A DNA stretch of 64,000 bases, taken from assembly GCF_009914755.1 (NCBI RefSeq), contig NC_060927.1. One strand, given 5' to 3'. The first letter of the stretch is position 1. The number at the start of each line of letters is the position of its first letter. Below are positions 45,902-64,000 of the stretch, piece after piece. A model generated the notes under the pieces. That model had not been told where the DNA came from, did no database searches, and saw only the letters and a list, made by a program, of their open reading frames with translations. A program made the translations under genes and the position numbers. The stretch comes from the human T2T-CHM13v2.0 reference genome, Homo sapiens.

Positions 45902-46789
45902 CTGGTTTTACTCTCTTTATGTTCTTTAGGACTTACCTACCACCAACAAAGGATTAAATGCTCTATGCAGTTAGAAATAGAGTAGAAATCAAGATAAATG
46001 TCTTCAGTGAGATATAGAAGGGCCTCCACTTAACAACATCCCACTTTAAAATCTTGATATTCCAGAGAGAAAACATGCAACCATTGAAATGGTAACAATC
46101 GGGCAAAAATTGAAAAAAAGAAACAAACATGACACCAACCATATAAATTATGGAATAAAACTCACAGCTTTACTTGTTCTGAACCAGTGTACACATCTTA
46201 AATGTCATCAAGATACAAAATACAACAAATGAAAGTGTGTAAGTCCCTCCTCGTGTTGAGACCTTTCCCTGTCATAATCAAAGCGTGCTAAGGCATTATG
46301 TCCCCAGACCCACACAACAACATTTTTGTAGTGAGATGTTTCATACTATACCTTCCCTAAGAGGTAGAATGAATATGTAACAAAAAAAGCGTGATTTGCA
46401 TGGATAGGCAGGTAAGTATTTACCTCTTGAATGCTAAGAAGGGTACTAATCTAAAGCTCCTTATCCCCATAATTCTATCACAGTGCATTCTGGAAAATTA
46501 TGCTTTTTGCTTCCTTTTATATGAAAATACTAGTCCCAGAGTTGCAGTCAATTTCAATACACATTTTAGATGCAATCTCTGTTTAAGAAGCAGCAACACT
46601 TAACTCATAGCTATCATAAAATAAAGGGCTCCTACCACTAAAGAGACTTGATTGGTCCTCATGATAGGTGGACTGGGATTAAAAACAATTTAACCAGATT
46701 TTTCAAATAAAGGCTACATTAGCAGACATGAGAATTTCAGTAATTAGAAATTTAGTAATTATATGTGATTATTCCTAAGGATACAATAG

Positions 46790-46870
46790 ATATCGCTTAT
46801 TGAGTACTTACTATGTACCAATTATTGGGCTTTGCATATATAATCTCATTTAAATCCTCACAAAACCAGA
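46790..46870 (-). mobile_element. MIR fragment
   Basis: 'ttattgagtacttactatgtacca...atctcatttaaatcctcacaaaac'. Confidence 0.65.
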
Positions 46871-47499
46871 ACATATTTTTCCTCTACTAAACTAATTTTG
46901 TCATAACAATTATGTTTGAAATACATAAGTGGATTAATTAGTTTTATTTTCAGGATTTTAAAATAATAGTTAAGTAATATTGTCATTCTTTTATGCAAAC
47001 CCAACTATCCACCTGCTGCTCTTTGGAAGTCAAAGCTAGACAATGCACATGATTTTCAGATATCTGTGTATACTTATCAACCACCTGATTAATAGTCCCA
47101 GACTATAGTCTTAGCCTAATCACAGAATATTTTCTGCCACTTTTTATCAGAGGAAAATTAGTATTTTCCAATAGTACCCTTAGCCAGCAGACATCACCTG
47201 CAGAGCATTGTGGTAAACTCCATAATGAATAATTTGTAAGATTAGCTGTAAGAGAATATTCTATTCCCCTAAAATCTCATCACAAATTTAGGATTTTAAT
47301 TTTTAAAAACATTTAGTACTATACAAGCCAGTGGGAGGTATATTCAAAAGCAAATATGTTTCACCAGGATTTAAGAAGAATATAACAGGACTGTAACAAC
47401 CAAAATATTCAGCTCTATTCTTACCTAGGATAAATTAAAATGATTGATACAATAAAGAATGTATACATTCAAAATAGAGTAAAATAATAGGAATGTTAA

Positions 47500-47670
47500 T
47501 TTACATTTTATAAGGATTTGCTGCTTATTCTATGCTTGATAACTACTTTGTCAGATAGTTAAAACTATAATGATTCTCCTATTATTTTACTTGAGAAAAT
47601 GAAGACCCATAGTTTTCAAATAACTTGCCCAAAACAACACAACCTCTAAGTTACTGACATGCCAGCCTAC
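47500..47670 (-). mobile_element. MIR fragment
   Basis: 'attattttacttgagaaaatgaagacccatagttttcaaataacttgcccaa'. Confidence 0.55.
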
Positions 47671-47894
47671 TTCTAATAAGGGTTGTGGTAATTCCCAAGT
47701 ACCTCAAAGATGTATGAGACCTAAATATGACCAGATGGAGACTTCACTGTACAGAAGAACTCAAATGGCACCACTTCCAATGCTTTTGAACTAAAAGTAT
47801 TATTCTAAAACACCCCATGAGGTTGCCAGGTCTGTTTACACAGAGCAGCTGAAGAAAATGTATCTAAAGACTGTTTAGTTAGTTTTTATAAATT

Positions 47895-53980
<6,086 letters not shown>

Positions 53981-54153
53981 TAGTTTTTATAAATTCTGAT
54001 CCCAACTGAACCATAGCTACCATTTCTCCACATTCTCATTAAATTCAAATAATGTGAAAATTCTGGACTGTGAATAGAAATAGATTGAAGAAACAAGAAC
54101 TAGAAAGCAGGTATATCCAAGGACCAAGAAGCAAGAATACACTAAGATGATAA

Positions 54154-54433
54154 TTTTTTGAGACAGAGTCTTGTTCTGTTGCCCAGGCTGGAGTGCATTA
54201 GTGTGATCTCAGCTCACTGCAACCTCCGCCTCCCGGGTTCAAGAGATTCTCTTGCCTCAGCCACCTGAGTAGCTGGGATTACAGGTGTGCACCACCATGC
54301 CTGGCTAATTTTTGTATTTTTAATAGAGACAGGGTTTCACCACGTTGGCCAGGCTTGTCTTAAACTCCTGACCTCAAGTGACCTTGGGCTCCCAAAGTGC
54401 TGGGATTACAGGTGTGAGCCGCTGCTCCCAGCC
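54154..54433 (-). mobile_element. AluS
   Basis: Full dimer in reverse, very short tail, degenerate TSD aagatgataattt/aagatgacattt. Confidence 0.92.
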
Positions 54434-56176
54434 TAAAGATGACATTTTAAACCCAAGAAATACACAGAAGCTAGAGCTGAGGATGGGGAATGAGACTAGC
54501 TAGGGAAACGCTCATGACTAAGGGTTGTGGGCCATGGTTGGATGGAGAATAGAAAGTTAGTCACACAGATACTTTCTCTGTGTGAGTAAGGGAAAATAAA
54601 TACTGAGAAGTCCTAAACCTAGGCAGCTTCCCTTGTGAGCAATGTTCTAAACATATTGTTAGTACTGTCTGCTACTATGAAGCCAAACTTCGAACCAGAG
54701 TGTAAGAAAGAAACATTTTATAGAAGCTATGTCAGATGGTTTGGGATCTCTCCAGAGACTGTTGTGATTACATTGTTTTCTTGCTTTATTCTTTTTATAG
54801 TTGGTAAAGTTTGCTGTTGGATAAGATATTTGAATCATGTGAGTCTGTTTTGCTAATTCAACCCTTGTGCTGACATACCAATTGTGAGTAATTACTAGGT
54901 TTTACTTTGCACCAGGCACTGTGCTAACTAAGTCTTTCTGATGACCTATTGGTATAGTAAGGAAAACAAGCAATTTCAACCCTGTGATGAGACAGAAATC
55001 AATATAGGTTATCAAAGAAAAATGAAATTCCCCCAAATCTGAAATTTTAAATTCCTTTAAATTATTAGTTCCTCTCACAGACCCAGGTGATTAATTATTG
55101 CTTGGTTAATTAACACTTATTTGATTGCATTGCTTTTCTTAGTTTATAATCTTTCAGAAGGAAGGCATTTTGGCTGTATACTTCTTTTTGTGTACTGCCA
55201 AGTTCTCTAATATAGCCATCCATTTCAATTAAGAGTTTAATAAAATATTTTATAAATAAAAGAAAGATGTGACATCTATATAGAAGTAATAAAAATATCC
55301 AGTTTATAAGGATATAAATAATTTTGGTCACATGCATTCTTTCAAATGTAGTGCCTTTGGCACAAAGCAGACAAATAATATTTATTTTTATACATTTTTT
55401 AGTATGCTATATGACACTATTTATTTCAACATAACGCTTCCTTATGTTCTTTTGTTGGACTTGTCTTAAAATATGTAATTACCTCCATGGATAGGCACCT
55501 TTGCTAAATGACAGATTGTAGTTTATGACTACTGAGAAGAAAAAGTACTTAAATATGAGTAGACATCGTATTTTTTCCATTAGAGAAATGGTACACTGTG
55601 TCTACCTAATATTGCGAATATGCCATCTTCAAAAGTCTAGCAATACAATTTAATATATTAAAAGAGCAGAAGTGGATCACAATACTCATACATATCTAAC
55701 ACTAAAAGATTTAGTAATGGATTTAAATACATTTCTGGTAAGTACTTTTTAGACTCTAAATGTGAGTACCTCTCCTGCAAAATGTTGGCAACTGAGATTT
55801 CCATTTAGGTGGGAAACAGAGCAAGATCTACTTTTGCAAAAAGTCTAAATGTAATCATCCTTCTTTTTCTGTCCATGATTATGGCACCTGCTCATAAACT
55901 ATGTCAGAAAAGTAAGGTTTTCTTAAGTAGCCTACAATCAGGGTAATGTAGAGTAGCTTTCTGGGAAGTAGTGATATGACATTTACCATCACTATAGGTT
56001 TCCATTAGCCCAGCCATTGTATTTCTTCTGAGGCTCTACAACTCAGTTTTTTCTTATCAGGTGTAGAGTGTGTCCTCTAGTTAAGTTTACATGTGCCAAA
56101 TCTAAGATTTCTGCAGGTAAGAGTGAATGCGATACAGATGTTAACGAAGAGTCTTAGTGGTATACCCATACAATTC

Positions 56177-56485
56177 AGTGCTGATATATGTTACAACACT
56201 GATGAATTTCAAAAACGTCATGCTGAGTGAAAGAAGTCAGTCACAAAAGATCACATATTGTATGATTTCATTTATATGAAATCACAAGGATGGATAAATC
56301 TATAGAGACAAAGTAGATTAATAGTTGTCTGAGGTAGGAAGTAGTGGGAGGGAGATGATAAATGACAGCTAATAGGTACGAGGTTTCTGTTTGAAATCAT
56401 CAAAATGTTCTAAAATTGATGGTTGCGTAACGCCATGCATATACCCCACAACACTGAATCGTACACTTCAAACAGGTGAATTTCA
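56177..56485 (+). mobile_element. L1MB-like 3' end
   Basis: 'catgctgagtgaaagaagtcagtcacaaaagatcacatattgtatgatttcatttatatgaaa...aaaatgttctaaaattgat'. Confidence 0.8.
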
Positions 56486-57960
56486 TCAAAATATGTTTTA
56501 AAAAAGCTTTTTAAAAATACTCTAGATACTTTCTGCAGAGTGTAAATGAATACTCTAGTCAATAATTATTTTTAAAGTATTTTTAAATTTATAAAATTCA
56601 ATAATGAATTTTAAGTCTAAATGACTTGAATATTAATGTTAAGTATATCTGGATTAGAATTTAACCAATCACTAATAATATATGTTTTAAAATATTTAAA
56701 GAACTCTACTATCACCTAACCACAAAATGTCCTTCTATTTAACTGTTAGTTAAATGCCAAATTTAATACTGGCTGAGATGACTGGTTTGACTCACTGGCC
56801 TGCTTCTTCCCAGTGCACAATCTTTCTTTGTATTGAACAGTCTAGAGTGTCACTTTGAGCCATTTCCAAGTTGAAATTTCCCTGGAAGTATCCTTAAAGA
56901 CAAAGGTAAGTAAGGAAAATTACAGAATAATAATTTTCCCAACCCATTTCTGCTTTTTCAATCAGATATGAAATATAAATATATTTACATAAATGTCATA
57001 ATGCAAACCCAAAATATGGATTTAACCTAGTAATTTATTTTATTATATTAGCATTATGGCAGGAAAATGACAGATGTGGTAGTTTTAAGAGAATGAAATC
57101 CTTAGTTTTCCAAGAAATAAACAGCTATATATAAAATTTTAATATCAAAAAATGGAGGAAAACCATGTTTTCTAGAAACATGAATTTCTGAAATAAGCAA
57201 ATTTGGGGCATCTGGAAACAAAAGTGGGAAGGAATTCTATAAGAGATAATTAGAATTATTTCAATTTCAAAATTCTGTGCATGTAAAACCTGGATAAAAT
57301 TAAAAGTGATCAAATGAAAAAGTTACTACAATTTGTTTTGTAAACTATGTCATGCTTCTCTACTCATTTCAGAATCTTGGTTACTTAAAATTACTTCAGT
57401 AAACTGTCAACTGGCTGGGTTTATGGCAACACAGTTTATAGGGATATTATGCCATATACACATAGGTACTGCAAAAATAATAAAGATGGCTTTGTACTAG
57501 CTACAAAAAAAAAAACAATATTTTTTGTTTGCTTTATTTTATTAATTAACTTTTATATGGAAATACTGTCAGCTTTGGTGGGAGGAAGACACATTTCTAT
57601 TTTATCTATTACATAGTGGAAGTTATATGTGGAGTGAGGTAACAGGACCCTGAATTCAAGGGTATTCTGCTGCAAGACCTCATCATAGCCTGGTGCCTTG
57701 AATGACTTTTTGGCTAACCTGTTGCAGTTTTTGGCTAACCTGTTCCATGATTCCTTTGTGCTTATTCTCAAAGATGCCTTCTTGGAGACTTTGTAATTCA
57801 GCAGCTTTGGGGAATGTAATGATTTTGAATCAAAATCCCTTACCTTCTTGCTGGTGACTTGCTAGAAAGAAAATACTGAGTGCCTCGCATATACCCTCTT
57901 TTGCCTCCCCTCATTTTTCTCTCCCTCTTACCATTTTGGTTGTCTAAATATTTGAAGTGG

Positions 57961-58301
57961 TGTCTTAGGCAGCTGGGACTTCTGTAACAAAATACCATAA
58001 ATTGAGTAGCTTAAACAACATAAATTCATTTCTCACAGTGATGAAGGCTGCAAGTCCATGATCAGAGCCAGCATGGTCAAGTTCTCGCAAATGGCCATTT
58101 TATCCCTGTGTCCTCACATGACAGAGAGAGAGCTCTGGTGTTTCCTCTTCTTATTAGGGTATGAATCTCATCGTGGGGGCTCTACCCTCATTATCTCATC
58201 TAAACCTAATTATCCCCAAAGACCCCATCTCCAAATACTATCACCTTGGGAGTTAGGGCTTCAACATTTGAATTTGGGGGGACAAAATTCAGTCCATAGC
58301 A
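57961..58301 (-). mobile_element. MLT1A-like MaLR solo LTR
   Basis: 'tgtcttag...gtaacaaaataccataaattgagtagcttaaacaac...gttagggcttcaacatttgaatttgggggg acaaaattcagtccatagca'. Confidence 0.88.
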
Positions 58302-58754
58302 AATAAAAGCTTATTTTCTTCTGCAGGGAAAACAAACATGCCCTGTCTTCGTTGTACTTGCATGATGTCTGAATCTCCTCATCCTAATTTTAAAATTGGC
58401 CTGATTCCAATCAGGATACAGAATACGACCGATTAAACTGATTCATAGTTCCATCACCATTCATAGCTCTATGACTGCATTTGAAACTGAGATTGCTATA
58501 AGTTATTTTCCAAATCCTGTTATATTACAACAAAATATAAACTATAATTATCTCTGAATGATAGAAATCTCTACTTTATTTTCTTATTTTTATTTGTCAG
58601 TACTTTTCAAGTTTCTATAACAAATGTATCATTTGATAACTAGCAAAATATTAAGTTATATTAAAATTGATCTTCATGTAATTTGTGAATATTATTCTTC
58701 TTACGGTAATGGCTTATCTTTCTTTTTCTTTTTTTTGGACTAAAGTCTGTCTTC

Positions 58755-60035
<1,281 letters not shown>

Positions 60036-60589
60036 TTTTCTAAATAGACTTGTTAAAGACACCATTTGTTTTTTACTCCAAGAGTTATCAAGCCCACTTA
60101 AACTTTTGTTAACAAACATGACACATATTAAATTACTCCTTCATAAAGGATACTCAATTTCTTGAAAAATAACCTATTACTTACTCACACCTATTACCTT
60201 AAAATACCAAATTTGATGTGTTTTATATGATTCTCATTTAAAATGGAATACCCTGTTCTTATAGTGTGTTTTCATATTCATTCCAGTTTTTCCCATATTA
60301 TATGAAAGTATTGTGTTCTGATTTATCTAGTGCTGAATTGCCTTTATTACCTTGCATATTTTTTCTTTATCTTTAATTGGTTAGTGAGCAAATAATTTTA
60401 ACAGTATTTTTATACATAAAATATCATTTACAGGAAAATATAATTTGTACCTTTAGGTCAGTTTCTTAAATGTGGCCCCTGGAACTCTAGTACCTAAGGA
60501 CTTAACTATCATTACATTTACTTTTTCTACAATATTCTAGGCCACTTTTCTGTATTTTCTTGTCAGCTATTAAATGATGAAACAATCCC

Positions 60590-60870
60590 CTTCTTCCTTT
60601 ATAGTCTTTATCTGAGCAAGCTCATCCATGTCTCCAGCATTAGTTGCCACCTACATGTAGAGGACTCATGCATTTGAACCTCCATACCAAACTTCCTCAG
60701 AACACAAAATCCTCAGAGATCTGCATTTTTCCGTAGCTACTGCACAGATCCTCCTGGACATTTCAAAGTCCTCTCAAACTCATGTTCAAAACCAATTCAT
60801 ATCCTGACCAACTTTCACACATTTCTAACTATTCTGTTGCTATTTCAATGCCCCCCATCTCAATGAGTGG
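60590..60870 (+). mobile_element. L2 LINE relic
   Basis: 'ctcatccatgtctccagcattagttgccacctacatgtagaggactc...ctcaaactcatgttcaaaaccaattc' resembles the L2 RT (YADD) region. Confidence 0.55.
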
Positions 60871-61159
60871 CTTAATTAATTAGCTAGTTTTGTAAAAGGG
60901 GAAAGACTGTTCCAGGCAGAGAACATATGCTGGTAGATGTGAGGCGAGTATAAAAGGATTTTTCACAGGATATGTTTTATTCTCTATGAAGTAAATGGGA
61001 AGACTATCTGCTCAAAACCAGACAGGAAGCAGGTGTGTGAGGAGTATGTTGAATCTGAAGAGATGGGGCTGTGTTCCAAATAGCATACCAAGAAAACAGA
61101 CAAGAATGTACAGATAATTAAGGGTCAGTTAAATTAGGAGTTACGTATCATGAAACCAG

Positions 61160-61203
61160 TCTGCAGGGTATGAGGTTCTAATCTGCAGGGTATGAGGTTC
61201 TAA
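61160..61203. repeat. Perfect 22-bp tandem duplication TCTGCAGGGTATGAGGTTCTAA x2
   Basis: Read directly: 61160-61181 equals 61182-61203. Confidence 0.95.
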
Positions 61204-61640
61204 TGCAGATGAACAGGGATTAAAGAACAGCCACTAATGATCCCAAGAAGCATGTTCATCGATGTGAAAGGAATACTGGCACAAAGAAAAGGAGGGAATT
61301 TTGAAACATACCAATAACTGGCAATTTCAAATACTTGAGAAACACATGAGACATATTGAAAAATGACAAGGTTTTCAGAAATAATTGTCAGCAACATCAA
61401 GTGTTTTAGAGACGTCAGACAAGATGAGTGACTGATTTTGGTCATAATATGATTGTTAGATGAATAGAGGGATGAAATGAAAAATAGAAATCTGATAAAG
61501 TACAGTAAAATATTAATGGTAGGATTGACATGTCAGGTAAACAGGTACTCTGTACAAATTTTTTCAACTTTGCCATGTATTTGAAAAGTTTCATAAGATA
61601 TTGTGATAGGATCAACTAAGTAGTAATCTTAGAAATAACA

Positions 61641-62657
61641 GGAGGAGCCAAGATGGCCGAATAGGAACAGCTCCAGTCTACAGCTCCCAGTGTGAGTGAC
61701 GCAGAAGACGGGTGATTTCTGCATTTCCAACTGAGGTACCGGGTTCATCTCACTGGGGAGTGCCAGACAGCAGGTGCAGGACAGTGGGTGCAGCGCACTG
61801 TGCACTAGCCAAAGCAGGGTGAGGCGATAGTGCAAGGGGTCAAGGAATTCCCTTTCCTGTCAAAGAAAGCGGTGACAGACAGCACCTGGAAAATCGGGTC
61901 ACTCCCACCCTAATACTGCGCTTTTCCAACGGGCTTAAAAAACAGCACACCAGGAGATTATATCCCACACATGGCTCAGAGGGCCCTACGCCCACGAAGT
62001 CTCGCTCATTTCTAGCACAGCAGTCCGAGATCGAACTGCAAGGCAGCAGCGAGGCTGGGGGAGGGACGTCCGCCATTACTGAGTTAGTTGTTTGACTAGG
62101 TAAACAAAGCAGCTGGGAAGCTTGAACTGGGTGGAGCCCACCACAGTTCAAGGAGGCCTGCCTGCCTCTGTAGGCTCCACCTCTGGGGGCAGGGCACAGA
62201 CAAACAAAAAGACAGCAGTAACCTCTGCAGAATTAAATGTCCCTCTCTGACAGCTTTGAAGAGAGTAGTGGTTCTCCCAGCATGCAGCTTGAGATCTGAG
62301 AACGGGAAGACTGCCTCCTCAAGTGGGTCCCTGACCCCCGAGTAGCCTAACTGGGAGGCACCCCTAGTAGGGGCGGACTGACACGTCACATGGCCGGGTA
62401 CTCCTCTCAGACAAAACTTCCAGAGGAACGATCAGGCAGCAGCATCTGCGGTTCACCAATATCCGCTGTTCTGCAGCCACTGCTGCTGAAACCCAGGCAA
62501 ACAGGGTATGGGGTGGACCTCTAGCAAACTCCAACAGACCTGCAGCTGAGGGTCCTGTCTGTTAGAAGGAAAACTAACAAACAGAAAGGACATCCACACC
62601 AAAAACCCATCTGTACGTCACCATCATCAAAGACCAAAGGCAGATAAAACCACAAAG
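61641..62657 (+). promoter_or_regulatory. L1 5'UTR internal promoter: YY1 site, antisense-promoter region, ZNF93-target segment
   Basis: YY1 motif CAAGATGGCCG at 61649-61659; relatively CpG-rich; ~128-bp segment 62401-62528 that L1HS lacks. Confidence 0.8.
61840..62076 (-). CDS. ORF0: L1 antisense ORF0-like reading frame, 78 aa, open
   Basis: MADVPPPASLLPCSSISDCCARNERDFVGVGPSEPCVGYNLLVCCFLSPLEKRSIRVGVTRFSRC... aligns by eye to primate ORF0p (MAGAPPPASLPPCSLISDCCASNQRDSVGVGPSEP...). Expression unknown. Confidence 0.6.
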   Translation of the reverse strand: MADVPPPASLLPCSSISDCCARNERDFVGVGPSEPCVGYNLLVCCFLSPLEKRSIRVGVTRFSRCCLSPLSLTGKGIP

Positions 62658-63675
62658 ATGGGAAAAAAACAGAGCAGAAAAACTGGAAACTCTAAAAATC
62701 AGAGCACCTCTCCTCCTCCAAAGGAACGCAGCTCCTCACCAGCAACAGAACAAAGCTGGACAGAGAATGACTTTGACAAGTTGAGAGAAGAAGGCTTCAG
62801 ACGATCAAACTACTCCAAGCTACAGGAGGAAATTCGAACCAATGGCCAAGAAGTTAAAAGCTTTGAAAAAAAAATTAGACGAATGTATAACTAGAATAAT
62901 CAATGCAGAGGAGTCCTTAAAGGACCTGATGGAGCTGAAAACCAAGGCACGAGAGCTACGTGAGGAATGCAGAAGCCTCAGGAGCCGATGCGATCAACTG
63001 GAAGAAAGGGTATCAGTGATGGAAGACGAAATGAATGAAATGAAGCGAGAAGAGAAGATTAGAGAAAAAAGAATAAAAACAAATGAACAAAGCCTCCAAG
63101 AAATATGGGACTATGTGAAAAGACCAAATCTACATCTGATTGGTGTACCTGAAAGTGACAGGGAGAATGGAACCAAGTTGGAAAACACTCTGCAGGATAT
63201 TATCCAGGAGAACTTCCCCAATCTAGCATGGCAGGCCAACATTCAGATTCAGGAAATACAGAGAACGCCACAAAGATACTCCCCTAGAAGAGCAACTCCA
63301 AGACACATAATTGTCAGATTCACCAAAGTTGAAATGAAGGAAAAAATGTGAAGGGCAGCCAGAGAGAAAGGTCAGGTTACCCACAAAGGGAAGCCCATCA
63401 GAATAACAGCAGATCTCTCGGCAGAAACTCTACAAGCCAGAAGAGAGTGGGGACCAATATTCAACATTCTTAAAGAAAAAAATTTTCAACCCAGAATCTC
63501 ATATCCAGCCAAACTAAGCTTCATAAGTGAAGGAGAAATAAAATACTTTACAGACAAGCAAATGCTGAGAGATTTTGTCACCACCAGGCCTGCCCTAAAA
63601 GAGCTCCTGAAGGAAGCACTAAACATGGAAAGGAACAACCATTACCAGCCACTGCAAGAACATGTCAAATTGTAA
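62658..63675 (+). pseudogene. ORF1: L1 ORF1p, disrupted
   Basis: MGKKQSRK start, frameshift in the A run near 62870, premature TGA at 63349-63351, normal TAA at 63673-63675. Confidence 0.93.
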
Positions 63676-63738
63676 AGACCATCAAGGCTAGGAAGAAACT
63701 GCATCAACTAACAAGCAAAATAACCAGGTAACATCATA

Positions 63739-64000
63739 ATGACAGGATCAAATTCACACATAACAATATTAACTTTAAATGTAAATGGGCTAAATGCTCC
63801 AATTAAAAGACACAGACTGGCAAATTGGATAAAGAGTCAAGACCCATCAGTGTGCTGTATTCAGGAAACCCATCGCACGTGCAGAGACACACATAGGCTC
63901 AAAATAAAGGGATGGAGGAAGATCTACCAAGCAAATGGAAAACAAAAAAAGGCAGGGGTTGCAATCCTAGTCTCTGATAAAACAGACTTTAAGCCAACAA
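63739..64000 (+). pseudogene. ORF2: L1 ORF2p N-terminus (endonuclease), open to the window edge
   Basis: [45 protein letters not shown]...; status beyond the window unknown. Confidence 0.85.

Larger units (their letters stand above)
61641..64000 (+). mobile_element. LINE-1 with complete 5' end, L1PA4-like; runs off the window
   Basis: GGAGGAGCCAAGATGGCCGAATAGGAACAGCTCC start, ~1-kb 5'UTR, ORF1 and the start of ORF2. Confidence 0.97.

Overview
This is primate (human-like) nuclear DNA: AT-rich, CpG-depleted and dominated by transposable elements. I find no host protein-coding exon, RNA gene, CRISPR array or prokaryotic system. All recognisable ORFs are LINE-1 remnants, Alu or antisense read-throughs, or simple-repeat artefacts. 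A dense nested cluster of minus-strand L1s of several ages spans about 12-33 kb. It includes a near-full-length L1PA3-like copy at 27.5-33 kb. Also present are a TSD-flanked L1PA10-like copy with an internal deletion (47.9-54 kb), the 5' part of a plus-strand L1PA4-like copy with an open antisense ORF0 (61.6-64 kb), about ten solo LTRs, Tigger-family DNA transposons, seven Alus and MIR/L2 relics. The most unusual features are a self-complementary purine-pyrimidine 36-bp minisatellite fusing an Alu stub to an L1 tail, a 126-bp orphan insertion inside an L1, two L1 junctions that imply large deletions, and a near-consensus AluY. Subfamily names come from recalled consensus sequences, not a RepeatMasker run. 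Boundaries of old elements are approximate. I cannot support a claim of a novel biological system.
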